DNA from: Eledone cirrhosa
Taxonomy: Eukaryota
Direction of reading: 5' to 3'
Length of the DNA stretch: 64,000 nucleotides
Assembly (NCBI GenBank): GCA_964016885.1
Contig: OZ024741.1
Location: 376,712,001-376,776,000, forward strand
Shown: one piece after another, positions 1 through 13,372 of the stretch
How positions within the stretch are numbered: position 1 is the stretch's first letter
Layout of the letters: each line of letters opens with the position of its first letter
The notes under the pieces: generated by a model
Told to the model about the DNA's origin: nothing
Database searches by the model: none
What the model saw: only the letters and a program-made list of their open reading frames with translations
Position numbers and translations under genes: made by a program

Positions 1-1391
1 GGGTGTAATACAAATCAAACATGAATGAATTAGTGAATCCCAGCAGTGAAATTGATCTCCTTATCAGGAATGTGTATCTTAATATTTATTTTGCAACTAG
101 TTTTAATTATATTTCGATAATAGAATAAAGTTTTTGCTATAAGGAGCTTTTTCAGATTACCCTTTTTTTTTTACAAATGTTCCGAAACACACTATAAGTA
201 TAAAAAGGTCTCGCACACTATCAGGTACTTAAAGGTTTCTGTTTGGATGTCATTACGATCTATGCCAGTTTCATAAAATACATTAGAAGGCAGCACTTTC
301 CACCCAACAGCGTGTTGTTTAACATACTCCGCATTAAAGCTGGAAGCTGACGACTTGGTAGGTTTTCATCATATGTCTGCATGATCTACCTGGACTTGCT
401 AAACCACAACAACAATTACAGAACAATAATGCGTTTTAACACTTGTTAAATAAGATGCATCTGTTGTTTAATGAAATTGGAAAGTTTAAATTACCCCTAG
501 TGTATACCTAGTTAAGACTTGAATGGTTCCAGTGTGATTACAATGTATTTGAGATTTGCATTGAGGACAGAACGTAGATTGATCGAAACACCATCAGATA
601 TCTAAAATTGTGCCATATATCCCACCCATCAAGTGAAACCCATAACACTAGTGTTACCTTCTGTTTCTAATATTGGTTATACAGAGTACCATTATCTTAT
701 TACATCGTGTCTATAGGCTTCTGTTACAAAATGGAAACGAATTGAGTTTATAGACGATACACATTCGAATGTGGCAATGTACCCGAATAAATGCAGACAT
801 AACCTATTATAAGAAGCCTTAATTTTAGTTGCATGAAATATTTCCAATACATTTTCTTATTAGATGTGCTGCCAGTTTTTCGAAAATGGTTATTTGAAAT
901 TTTCTTTTATGATACGTTTTAAATATCTAGTCCGACATTTTTATTGTGTTTGGCGAATCATCTTAAAAAATAAATATGATATTTAAAAGTTAATGAATTG
1001 TGATTTAAGAATCTTTATGTTTCGCTGTAGAGTAATTATGAACCGCTTCAAAAATCGAATATGAATGATAATTTAATGTGTTATATTTGAAGTTGTTAAT
1101 CTAGTGAAATAATAGCAATGGAACCACCATCCCAATTGAAATTAGTTATTTCTGTCGACAGCGTTTAATGACATTTAAAAATATATTTCGTGTGAATATC
1201 CTGTTACGACCTTGATAAGTTTTCACAAACGTTTTAATAAAGTAGTTATGAAACCTTAGATAATGGAACAATTAGAAGTAGTTTGAATAAGATAGAAAAG
1301 ATGTTGATGTAGTCCGATATAATTATTGAAATAAATAAATAAAGAATCGAGACAAAATAGAAAATGTAAGATAATACAACGACAACAGCAG

Positions 1392-1437
<46 letters not shown>

Positions 1438-1503
1438 ATAACAACAACAACTACTACTACTCATATACTAATGACGATGATAGTGACAATGATGATGATG
1501 ATG
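1392..1503. repeat. (TAC)n / (AAC)n / (GAT)n compound microsatellite
   Basis: Directly visible; explains the poly-V/poly-S ORFs at 1246-1464. Confidence 0.95.
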
Positions 1504-1519
1504 AAAACAATAATTATTA

Positions 1520-4090
1520 TTTTATAATAGACAACAGGTTTGAGGCATAAAGGACGATACAATATGAAATAATTGGGATTTACATAAAACTTTAAAAAGG
1601 AAAACAGAAAACAATTGACAATAGATATATACCAATAGAATTCCCAAATAGTGGGGTTACCGCCCAGCGATTACTTAGGAACCCCACAGATCGTAAACCT
1701 ACCTAATCTCCAGGAGAATCGTGGGAACGTGACACTCGCCTCCCTAAACCTTCCAGCCTAAAGGCACACGTTTAGATTAGGCCCATTAACTCGAAACGAC
1801 TTCGCTACATACATGCGCCTTCTAATAAACGTACCAAGGGGAAGCACATCCCTCATCATTCTTACCTAGTGGAATTCGAAAAGGTTGGCGAGGCTTTGCA
1901 CGGAGTCGAAAGTGTTTGTCGTCACTTATTTCTCTCACGTCCACAACACATCTTGCGTCACAGCTACCAAAGTTAGAAAAGCTGCCTGTCCGTCCCACCC
2001 AAAGGACGGAGGTGGGATGATCTTGAGGGTGGAGTCGTTCGACAGCCGGAACCGTTGTACACATGCCAATAACTGTTCAACATAACACCACAAGTCAGCA
2101 CTACCTGGACATTCGACGAATACGTACAGAACGGCTTTATCTGACCCCATTTCCTGCCTGTAGAGTTTATCTCGGACCAGCAGTGCTCCTCGGTATTACT
2201 ACCCCGCCAGCGATTTCTGGAAATTGTCTACCGTCTGCGTAACGAAACTTCTCCGGAGCAGACTGGATGATTCATTCTGGTCGACGCTGAGAGTCTCTCT
2301 CTCCGAGAGTGTAATCTCTCTTGCCCACCATTAGCCCTTCAGAACGTTAGCATGTAATTTCCATTGACAACATTACCCGACTGAAGGAAGACTGTGAACG
2401 CCTAACAACTTTGTAAATGAAAAGCAAAATTCTCTATCTTTGTCCCAGGGTGGCAGCTCAATTAAAACCTACGAGTTTAGGAATTTCTAGATATCTCGTA
2501 GTCTCAACGCGTCTGTGCATCCTCATCTAGAGCATGTCCAGCCCACCGCGTAAAGGGTGCTGGAAGTAAATGGAACATTTTACCAGTGCAATCTGGACCT
2601 ACAACATGAAGTCAAAACGCAGGTGCTCCACTTTGTGTGGTGTGTACTAGGGTGAGGCATGACAATGAGGTGGTAATAGATGACGGCCGTGATGTACGCG
2701 TTAGCCACACTGCTCTTCCGAGTTACTATCCAGCTAAAGGTGCGGACTTAACAAACTGAGCAAGTCTATCTGTAGGTCTATTTAACATCTGACGACATTG
2801 TTGACAGCATCGATTTGCCTCTCTAGGCGACGAACTGCAAACTCTTCGACTTGTCAGGTTTGATCTTTGCTCCCGTCAACCTTTCATATTTTCAAGTTGC
2901 CAAGCACCTCAATATGCCAGGTGTTCGACACCATCATTTTGACATCATCCCCATATGCCGACACCATAGTTCCCCGTACCGGTTCGAGTGAGATACCCTG
3001 CAACACCCCCAGCTTCTACATTAGCGGCATGGCTCGAGTGTCAGTAGGTACGAAACTGTTCGATGAGTGGTCATTTTCTTTATCCAGCGAGCAGGATCCA
3101 CTATGCATTGCAGTGATCCAATTTCTAAAGACGGGACTGAAGCTAGCTATCTTGAAGGCAGCCACCATCTATCGAAGTTCGACCGTATCAAAATCATTCG
3201 ATTGATCTAAATGTGTTAGAGTCACTTGAGGACAGGTGTTTGAACTTCTTGTGTACAGACCAGACAGGGATTAGGGGTGTGTGTACTTCCTCCACCAGTC
3301 CTCCCATACAAGAGAAGCGCTAACCACATTTCTTGTACCTTGGCCAAAATGTTGAATTCTGTGTTGAGCAGAGTTATGGAATGGAAATTGTCAATGACGT
3401 CCCACATGGTCTCAGCTATACTCATCCCCGTAACGACCACACTCACATAACTGATAATTCTCCCGTTTTGTTGCTAGTTGCAGTCGACCGGTTCGAGGAG
3501 ATCGGAAAACAAGTCTCATAGGGCTGATCATCCAATTCGATCGCTCTTCGTCTCGTAAAACCAGCCATGGCTTTTCATTTCGCGGATGCTGTTATCGGTG
3601 CTAATCCCGCACTCACCACGGATATTTACGCAAAAAATCCTCTGAAAAGCTGCTCATATCGCTTTGGAATCGAACAGGATACGCCAAAGTCTGAATTGTG
3701 ACTCTGTTGCCATGCTACACTTCTGCTATTCAAATCATCAACAGTTTTCGTGCTCTGGTTTTTTAGATTCCGCCCCTTAGCTCTGTCAATGTAACCTTCC
3801 TGTTTCGAGTGGAGGAAATGGCTCAGTAGCTTTCTCGCCTCTAGACGTCCGTTGCAATGCCACTCCTAATCTTATAATTTAGCTATCATCTCCACGTCTG
3901 TTCACTATATGCTATCGATACTTCCTTATTGAATGCCATTGAATCTGTTCTAATTACTCTGTTGCGCACGATCCCCAACCAGGTGTTTTCTTCAGTCCCT
4001 GTCAACTACGTTGGAACGTAGACAGCAGCCTGTCTAAAAGCACTACTTCCCCATTGATCACACCGAAGATCTACCAATATCAGTAAGGGA
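1520..4090 (-). mobile_element. Degenerate Tx1/L1-clade LINE, 3' part (APE remnant, RT, C-terminal region)
   Basis: Minus-strand pieces match ORF2 of the 45-51 kb element: ITLLNTEFNILAK (RT), GALLVRDKLY, ECPGSADLWCYVEQLL, SAFRQAAVYVPT (APE). Ends in an (AAT)-rich tract. Many stops and frameshifts; boundaries approximate. Confidence 0.8.
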
Positions 4091-4119
4091 TAGGAATAAA
4101 TATGTGATAGAAGAGACAC

Positions 4120-6780
4120 AAAAAACGTATTGACTTTGCTGTCAATAGGAAAGAGTTCCATTGATGGAATCAGAAACACAACAGAGCAAGGTGAAGTTGA
4201 AAGGCAGGGTGACAATATGGATGAGAGTACTTATAACCATGATCTTAATGATCTGATAGAAAAAAAAACCCAAACAAGAAATTATCAATGAACTTGAGGA
4301 AAATAAAAATGAAAACCTTTGTTTGACTGAAAGGGTGTCCTTGAAAATTTCGCAAGAAACTGGCAGAACAAAATACATATAGGGACTGGAGAGTATGCTG
4401 TTAAAGTAATAATTGAAGAGATGGAGCCTGATATATCAGAACAGGATGAGGTTATTTATGAAGCAGCAAAGTTAATAGAGAGGAAGTTTGGATTATGGAA
4501 TAAGAGAAAAGGACACAACATAAAATACAGACACACACACACAGACACACAGACACACACACACAGACACACACACACACACTCAGACACACACACGGAC
4601 ACGCAATGGAAGATAAAAGTTAAGGAGAAGATTGAAACAACCAGGGAAGAAATATCGACCGTGGATGAAATCTCCACTGAGAAATCTGCTAAGTCAAGAA
4701 AAGGAAGGAAAGTGATTAAGAAATACAATGTAATTACAAAACCTGAAAACCCATCAAGCAAAGAAATCGTGAAACAGAAATACATCTGACATCTAAAGGA
4801 ATCAGAAAATCTGAAAACCTAAATAGGGTTTATAGGCAAAATAAGCTGCTTATATCTGATGCAAAAGGGTTTTATAGAGAAATTGGGACACGGACAATTC
4901 AAGTAAAGGAACCTCCTTAACTTCATGGTATTGGCACTACAGAAGGCCATCAAATGGAAATATCCAGGATATGTCGGTAAAATGTTATAACGAAATTATC
5001 CCCAATCCTAAACAAACTCCTGATTTGTGTGCACAAACTACACCATATCTCTTGCTAAGATCGCCAGAAAGAAATATTCCAAAATATTATTGACATATCG
5101 ATTTGTCTCCCCTCATCATACAAAATTTACACTTCACCTTTGACTGGGACAACCAATATATTTATGGATGAAAATCATCTATTCTCTATTGAACAGAAAG
5201 ACCGTGGGGCTTATGGGTAGAAATACCAACTTCTCATTAACCGTATGGTTTTGGAAAACTGTCAAAGAAATCTTCATACTACTTGTGTTTACTATAAGGA
5301 AGCGTGTGACAGTGTTCCCGACTCATTGACTTTTAAAGTTTTCGATGTTCTGAAAATTTCCCCACCAATATCAAACTTCCAGAAATACATGTCTATATGG
5401 AATACAAATCAATCATTTTTACAGTGATGGAACTATAAATTCCATAGCATAAGTATTAACTGGTGTGTTTCGATGTGATTTGATTTCTCCTCTGATATTA
5501 TTTGCAATGCACACACACCGCTGTCATAAACATTCAATAAAACACAGGATGGCTACAAAATATACAGGAAAATAATCAATAACCTGTTGTATATATGGAT
5601 GACGGGAAGCTGTATGCTACAAGTTACAACGAATTTGACAATCAAGGTGTCGATCGATTATGAGATGACGGAGTTTGGACTTGAAAATTGCACCGAAGCA
5701 ACATTCAAGAAGGGCAGAATGACAAGCACAAGCTCAATGGAAATAGATGTGAATACAATAATTTGCGTACCAGAACAGGAAGAAGCCTACAGTTATCTAG
5801 GGATCAATGAAGGCCAAGGTTTTCATCAAGCCAGTACGAAAGAGAATCAGAATAAAATGCAACTGAAGAGCACAGTCTGTCTTGAAAATGGAGCTTAACC
5901 CGATAAATAAATTATCTGCATTGCAATCCTAGTTGTAACCTACATTTTCAATATCATAAATTGGAACGTTCAGGAAATTTAAGAGAACAGACACTAAAAT
6001 CAGAATACTGTAATAGAATAATACATCACGTAAAAGCAGATGTGGATCGCCTCTATTTTCCTAGACAAAATGGAGATAGAGGAATGAAACAGCCAGAGTC
6101 TTCATACAGGATATCGACAATTGGGCTTAATCTGTACCTTAAAACACAGATGAGCGGATGATGAAAACGATCGCAGTTCACGAAGGGTGGAAGATATTAC
6201 ATTCAGTCACAAAGGAAAGTAGGAAGTTTGCAGATGAACTGTGAATACCGTTTCAAAACATTGAAGGTGACTCTGCAATTTTAGCTGCAAACAATATCGA
6301 AGTGTTGGCAAAATATGAAGACCAACGGGGACTGCACACTAAATGGGAACAAAAACCAGTGCACAGGCAATGAACCTGATATAGATAAAACTCTCATCCA
6401 TCAGTGGATGTGGAATTCTGGGCTAAAGGCAGAGAGTGAAGATTTCATTGAAGCCGCACAAGACCAGTGTCTTCTAACGTGCAACATTCAAGCCAATGTG
6501 ATTAGGAATGGAATGGACTCAAATTGGGGATTCTATGATGACCATGTTGAGATAACTGACCATCTGGTTTCACTCTGCAATATATCTTAGCTCCCAAGGA
6601 ATATAAAACGAATCATGATAGAGTTCGGCAATACTTACTCTGGATAATGAGCAGGTTTTATGGTTTGACACCGGAGGGAAACTGGAACATCCATCACCCA
6701 TATGCAGTAACAGGAGACTAAAACGTGACAATCCTATGGGATATCCCTGTGAATAATGACAGAACAATCAAGGCCAAAAA
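4120..6780 (+). mobile_element. Degenerate R4/Dong-like non-LTR retrotransposon (RT plus start of restriction-like endonuclease region)
   Basis: Motif remnants: EVIYEAA, KWKYPG, MDDGKLYA (YMDD box ~5595), EFGLENC, YSYLGI, HVKADVDRLYFPRQNGDRG, LKAESEDFIEAAQDQCL, DHLVSLC, ILWDIPV. Truncated near 6780; (CA)n expansion at 4531-4600. Confidence 0.8.
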
Positions 6781-6789
6781 GGTTGTGTA

Positions 6790-9350
6790 GTGGATTATGT
6801 TGAAAGAACTGAAGACAGTTGGTAAATGACACGGTAGGCCGTCGAAGCTTTGAAATCCGCCACCGTCTACAAGCCCTCTCCCCAGGAGCAGGTGAGGAAA
6901 ATGCTAGCGAATGGCCTCACACGTCTGCAGGAATCGTTCAGCTTGGGTTCGTATGGGCTCGTCAAAGACAAAGTAGTGGTTTTGTTACCCCAATGCCCAT
7001 CGAACATCTTTACTTCCCTCGTTTCGTAGAACCCATGCATTAACTCATGTTTCGCATTGCAGAAATGGTCTAATGCCATTGTCGCCGCAAGCACATCAGT
7101 TGCCATGCCACTACACATAGCTTTGTCTAATTTAGCGAACAGAACAGCTCTACCTCCTTTCTATTTTTCTCTAGACCTACTTCATTGCCATAACCTACTC
7201 TCTTTTTCGAGAGCTACCCACCACCTGTTGTTGACGATACTCCGTCAACCTTTTCTTAACTAAATTATTTGACCCGGTCCTTGTAAGACTTACGTGCCAG
7301 AAATGACATTTTCAGCTTCAGTATCCAGGTACAAACCTGCATGTCTTATCTAGGTCAACCATAGAGATCACAAACTTGAGGTCTGAATAAGCGACCGTTT
7401 GAAAATGTGGACAACATATACTACCCGTATATATTCAACTAATTAAAAAAATCTATCTATCTACATACGATCTAGATGAGATTATGCAGTTGGTCCAGAT
7501 CCACACTGAAGTACCTGACAGAGTGTTCGAACTGGCTGATCAGGTACTTGAGTCTTTTGGACCACCCCGCTCCTATCAGCTACTACACCCACACTATCCA
7601 AACATGCGTCTAACGATGGCGTTCTAGTTCCTCGATAACAGTAAAGAGCGAGATGTTCACAGAAAGGCTTCCAAACGCTGAAAGAGCATCACATTGTCTA
7701 TTATTCACGTCCATGACCACCAACTTACTGTCCGGGTCCAGAGAGGTTAACCTTACCGTGAGATCCAGGCCTTTCCTACACAGCACTGCCCCTCGTCCTA
7801 TTCCAGGCTGATTTCGAGATGCGAATATTTTAAAGTTTTTAAAAATGAGGGCTACTTCCGCTGACGGCTATCACATCAACTTCTAGAGACTAGATGTCAT
7901 TCAGCAGGCGATCCTGCTTCCAGAAGACCCCAGGCCACGAATATTTAAAAGTCGTATTCTTAGGAATGCCATGTTGGCAGGATAAAAGTGAGAAGAGCGG
8001 TTTACTTACATCCTGGGGTTTGTCGGGGTCGGGCTGGAACTCCATTGTTGGAGGGGTTCCTTCGGTAACCCAATTAAACACCTTGAAGTGGGTTTAATAT
8101 TCGGTGGTGTTGGTGTTGTTGTAGAAGTATTTTTGTTTGTTGTGTGTGCGGATTCTGTATTTGTGTTTGTTGTGTGTGCGGTGTCTTTATTTGTGTTTGT
8201 TGTGTGTGTGATGTCTGTATTTTCTTTTGTGGGTGTGTATGTTGTATGAGGAGAAATTTTGTGATTTTATTTCGTAGACGAGAGGGGGAACGGAAGAGCT
8301 TTCCTCGTTTCAGGTCGCCTCTACAATCAGGCACCCCCGGAGCCACCACAAGTATAGCCCCGTTGGAATCCTGAGAATGCACACTCTTACAGTTCTTTTT
8401 TCCATGTGTGAGGGGTATATAATGACCTTGTCTGTTTTTCAAGGGGTCACTGAGTGTTTCACAGCGAGGGCTTCTGATAAAACAGCACCGAAATCGTGTC
8501 TTATTGTCTACCCCTTGCTATTTCTGTGTGATTTCTTGTGTCATTTCTGATGTATTTCAGTGCAGGTTCGACTTCTTCCTGGGGTGTGTTCGTCGCATTT
8601 TTAGTCTCCACTGAAATGCATCTAAAGACCACTCTTCTCCTCTCCACAGCTTCTTGGCCTCTGCCGGGACGGTTAGATTGACGCAGGCTTGCTGTGGGCC
8701 AACTTTTTCTTTATTTAGAATGGTCCATGCAAAAGCATTGTATTTTTAGCTGCTACAGCAGCGAAAGAGTTCTTGTTTTTGTTTGCAGTTGATTTTGTTT
8801 GTGTTGTTGCTGGTCACATTGTTGACGGTGATATTGTTGTTGTAGATGTTGTTGTTGTTGCAGTTGGTGTTGGTATTGTTGTTAATCGTACTGTTGTCGA
8901 TCTTTTTGCAGTCCGTATTGTGGCTGCTGTTGCTGTTCATGTTGTTGTTGTTGTTGTTGTTGTTTTTGTTGTTACTTTCGTTGTTGCTTTTGTGGTCATT
9001 GTTTATTTAATCTTGTTTTCGGTTGTTGGTGCTGGTACTGTTGTTTTTGTTGTTGGCAACACCAGCCAAGTTTGTGCTAGGGCCGGTTTTACTTACCTCA
9101 GCGCAACGCCTGCACCGCTGTCTCATGGCATCAGACTGAATGCTGTAGGGCGTGTCTCCACCCTGTTTTACACGTTTTTGTTTAAAAGTTAAACAATGCT
9201 CAAATATTTGTGCCAAAAGGGTCGCCTTTACACAGGGTGAAGACGGGTGTATTATGAACGCATTATCATAAAATCTACAACAATTATTTCAACACAAATA
9301 AAAGCAAATCACGGAGCTCAGAAAAGCACGTCTTCTCAGTCCGACAACCA
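6790..9350 (-). mobile_element. Degenerate Tx1-clade LINE, 5' part (5' UTR, Asn-rich ORF1, APE, post-APE region)
   Basis: Minus strand WKQDRLLNDI (cf. WKQGKLLNDL at 47.3 kb) and ALDHFCNAKHE (cf. ALDQFFDAKHE); AAC-rich ORF1 start like 45.3-45.7 kb. 5' end abuts the (AAT)n tail of a SINE. Confidence 0.75.
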
Positions 9351-9352
9351 GT

Positions 9353-9536
9353 AATAATAATTGTTTCTACTTTAGGCTCAAGGCCAGCAATTATCCAGTG
9401 CATTACTGGTACTTTATTTTATCGACCCCGTAAGGATGAAAGGCAAAGTCAAACTCGGCGGGATTTGAACTCAGATCGTAAAGGGACGTAACTATGTTGG
9501 AAAGCTTGGCCTCCGACTCTCTACCGATACTGCCAG
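9353..9536 (-). mobile_element. SINE copy (cephalopod-type core)
   Basis: Core CTGGTACTTTATTTTATCGACCCCGTAAGGATGAAAGGCAAAGTC...GGATTTGAACTCAG (B-box on minus strand); recurs at 51.8 and 60.3 kb. Confidence 0.85.
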
Positions 9537-9539
9537 ATG

Positions 9540-9745
9540 ATTTCTACTATATGCACAATGTCAACAACCTTGTGGGGTAGGGGAAAGTCGATTAAATCGA
9601 CTCCAGTGTATTATTGTACTTTATTTTATCGTCCCTGTAAGGATGAAAGACAAAACGGGATTTTAAATAAAAACGTAAAACGCCGTAATTCTATGCCGCG
9701 AAACATTTGGTCCGATGCTCTAGCGATTCTACCAATCCATCACCA
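9540..9745 (-). mobile_element. Second, older SINE copy in tandem
   Basis: GTACTTTATTTTATCGTCCCTGTAAGGATGAAAGACAAAA matches the same core. Confidence 0.7.
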
Positions 9746-9810
9746 TTATAATTATAATAATTAGTAAAAGTAAGAATAATAATGTAAAATTAAACATCAA
9801 GAACACTATT

Positions 9811-9903
<93 letters not shown>
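9811..9903. repeat. (AGC)n(AGT)n microsatellite
   Basis: Directly visible. Confidence 0.95.
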
Positions 9904-10465
9904 TGTGTTGTTGTTAGTAGTGATGTTTGTGGTGCTATGTAATTTCAAAATATATTGACCGAAACATTTTCTATGAGCTTCAACATGATATGAAGAATAG
10001 TATGTAATGTAGTATGTCCAACATTCAGTTTAGTTATGGTGAAAAAGTCATAATGCCACATATGCTTTAAACTTTCTAAAATGTGTCACTATAATAATTC
10101 TCATAGTCTAAACTAATGGTGATGAAACCATTTTCCCAAATTAAATGTATTATGATTTTGAGAAGTGGTGCAAGCATCACACTCAATTTCCTTTCTTTGA
10201 GAAAGGGGTCGAAACCTCGAAATATTAAATATAATGTAAATGTGTGACCTCTTGATTTCGTTTTGTTTTTCTTATATCATATATATTATATAATATATAG
10301 TTTAGGATATAATGAACATACATTACAAAATATATAGTATATATTTTGTATAGTATGTATTCTAAGTAATTGCTGATAAAATACGAGTTTAGTAGTATCA
10401 TGTCATCTGCAAATTCCAACCGACTGATTCTAATCCGGCAGTCCAAGTACCACTTCTATTTATAC

Positions 10466-11450
10466 CAGGGTTTCTCAACTGGGCGATATTGCGCAACTGG
10501 ACAGACACTGATAGGGGGTTAGAAATTTAGGTGGGTGGTTAGGATTTTGACTATTAAAAATATATTTCAACATATGCTACCAGAATAAAATATTTAAAGG
10601 AGCTAGCAACAGGTACCTAAATGGTTTACATTCCTGGATAACATATAAAGAACTCCACAAACTATGAACATTTTGATATTTTCTATTGTTTCGAGAAGGG
10701 TACATACACCTGGAGCAAGATATGAATCAGTCATTGGCAGATGAGTTGAACTGTCTGGAAATTGGTTTGATGGCAAGATCAGGAATTCAAAACAAGATCT
10801 TTCAAGAATTTGAAGTTTACCTGTACAGTGTGATTGATCCAATTGTTTCTCTAGAAGCGTTTCTAAAATCCTTTCAGGATAGTTATTAAGTGATATAACT
10901 GAAGGTGAAGAAATATTGACCCATCACCAACTACAAATCAACACCAGGTAGGCTAACATGACAATGTAAATTCAGCATCAGCATCAGAGGAAATTATTCG
11001 TCCCTTATGAGACACATTCAGATGCAGGTCTTATAATGCATTAATATCATTTTAGATCATTTGTGTGATGCCTTACAAAAATGCGGGTTAGCCTATGAAT
11101 TAGTGCATAAGTTCCAAGCTGCCGTGAAATTATGTAGATTACCTGATGCAGGGATAAGAACTGAAGCTGTGAAATACCTCACTGCCTGGTGAGTTTAGTT
11201 ATATTGGGATGGACGATATCTCCATTTTACAGCCTTTCCCAATCTCTTATCGTGTCTTAGGCCATCTCAACAGGCAGTGTTGCTCCATGCTGTATGGCTT
11301 GCTGATAGCTTTCCAGGTTTTGGTGTAGTTCATATGATATATTTAAGCTTCATATTTAATAAATGAGATCATTAAGTAAATTAGCACTCATAAATATTTA
11401 AATGAGAATCAGGATGAGACACAAAATACTAGGTGCTCTCTGCGTATAGG
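10466..11450 (+). mobile_element. Possible decayed hAT-type DNA transposon
   Basis: Begins CAGGGTTTCTCAAC, a typical hAT/Charlie TIR start, followed by coding-like degenerate sequence. No matching right TIR found. Confidence 0.3.
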
Positions 11451-11699
11451 GTGTTCTGAAGATGATGCTGTTTGATGAGTTCATTCAAGATTCTTCAGAT
11501 GTGGAAAGAAAGACGTTTTCTAGGTATTGAAGTGATAGAAATCATTATAAGTATAACTTATTGTAATTACTTTAGGTAAGGTATCGCTTTGAAATATGCA
11601 GCTATAATTAATATAATCTGTCATAAACCTATATAAGAAGGCATACATTTATATATATTAATATTAACTCTAACACAATTATTATTCATTGTATGTGGT

Positions 11700-11850
11700 G
11701 TGAAGGTTGGTTAATAGGCAGAGTCGTTCGAATGTCGGATATAATAATTTGCGGTATTCGTTTCGGGTCTCTGCTCACTGTATCCAAATATCACCGAGTT
11801 CAACCTTGCCTTTCATCCTTTCTAGGTCGATAATAAAGTAGCAGTCTTCT
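11700..11850 (+). mobile_element. Degenerate SINE
   Basis: CCGAGTTCAACCTTGCCTTTCATCCTTTCTAGGTCGATAATAAAGTAGCAG is the reverse complement of the SINE core at 9.4 kb. Confidence 0.7.
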
Positions 11851-12190
11851 AAATGGGTTCATATTTTCTCTACAACTCTTTTCCAGGTGTAACAATTCCC
11901 TAGAAAGGCCATAATCCAATGCAGCGCCACGAAAAATACCTCAGGAATTACGGAACCATGCATATAGGTAAAATATGACACCGACACAAATGTTTATTGT
12001 AGCTGAAATTCTTACTCTGACAAAGAACTTAAACCGGGTTTGATGGATAATTTCCAGTCGACCCACAATTTCCGTAAAACAAAACTAAAACAAATGAAAA
12101 TAATATATTATAATTCTACAGTAAAGAAAGATAGGACAGAATGCTTCTCTTGCGAAATTGTCTTTATACACACACATACACACACACATG

Positions 12191-12221
<31 letters not shown>

Positions 12222-12223
<2 letters not shown>

Positions 12224-12410
12224 ACAGATTCAGAACCCCGACGGCTGAGCACCGGCCGTTTCGACAACAAGATCCGAGTCCTGATCTAGCTGTCGAAACG
12301 ACTGGATCTCAGCCGTAGTGGCCTGGATCTTCTCATATTACCCACCCTACTACCCTAAGCATCGAGTACTCTGGTGGATTATTGTCTACTTGGCTTTTAC
12401 CACACCATAT

Positions 12411-12413
<3 letters not shown>
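12222..12413 (+). mobile_element. ~190-bp hairpin element in (TA)n (family H, copy 1)
   Basis: Imperfect hairpin 12241-12316 (ACGGCTGAG..CGTTTCGACA../..TGTCGAAACG..CTCAGCCGT) plus tail CTACTACCCTAAG..GAGTACTCTGGTG shared with the 53.3 and 54.0 kb copies; TA tracts on both sides. Confidence 0.85.
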
Positions 12414-12461
<48 letters not shown>

Positions 12462-12650
12462 ACACGTAGGTATTTCTCTAAATGTAAGTTAATAACATTC
12501 CTAATTAGTATTAACATTCTGTTGCTTGAAAATTTTGTTCACGTTGTTAGTCTAACAAGAACTAAAAGCTTCACAGTATTTACATGCTTGGTCTTTGTTT
12601 GGTACATAGACATATCTTCAAGTTATTTTAATGGCTGACTGACCCCGAAT

Positions 12651-12652
12651 AG

Positions 12653-12737
<85 letters not shown>
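12651..12737. repeat. (GA)n microsatellite
   Basis: Directly visible. Confidence 0.95.
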
Positions 12738-12741
<4 letters not shown>

Positions 12742-13109
12742 AGAGAACTATTCCGACAGAGAGGGAGATAGAAAAAGACAGACAGACAGAGAGAGAGTGA
12801 GGCAGTGAAGTAGGCACACAGATTCAGAGAGTGAGATGAGAGCGTACATATACCACCAGCATTTAAATAAATCCCCATTGGATGGAACGTCAAGCAGGCA
12901 ATTTCGGAGACTGCGTCGGTAAACTTAATTAACTGCATTTAATATGACTTCAGGAAACTTGTGCAACTAAAGGAGGTTAATTATGAGTTTAGTGCACATT
13001 TCAAAGTGCAATGATTGTAAGATATCCAGTGTGATCAACTCATTTTGAAGTTTAGATTGAATTGGAACTTTTAACTATCTCCTCTCTTTCTCTATCTAAG
13101 TACACACTC

Positions 13110-13142
13110 ATATATATGTGTATATATATATAATTGCATACA

Positions 13143-13173
<31 letters not shown>

Positions 13174-13180
13174 GTGTGTG

Positions 13181-13246
<66 letters not shown>

Positions 13247-13281
13247 TAAATTCATGTATACATACACACACACACACACAC

Positions 13282-13362
<81 letters not shown>

Positions 13363-13372
13363 GAGTGAGAGA
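13110..13372. repeat. Compound (TA)n/(CA)n/(GA)n microsatellite
   Basis: Directly visible. Confidence 0.95.

Noticed and set aside
1520-9350. One Tx1 element split by the R4-like insertion
   Set aside because: The two Tx1 parts both contain APE and post-APE sequence, so they are better read as two separate copies.
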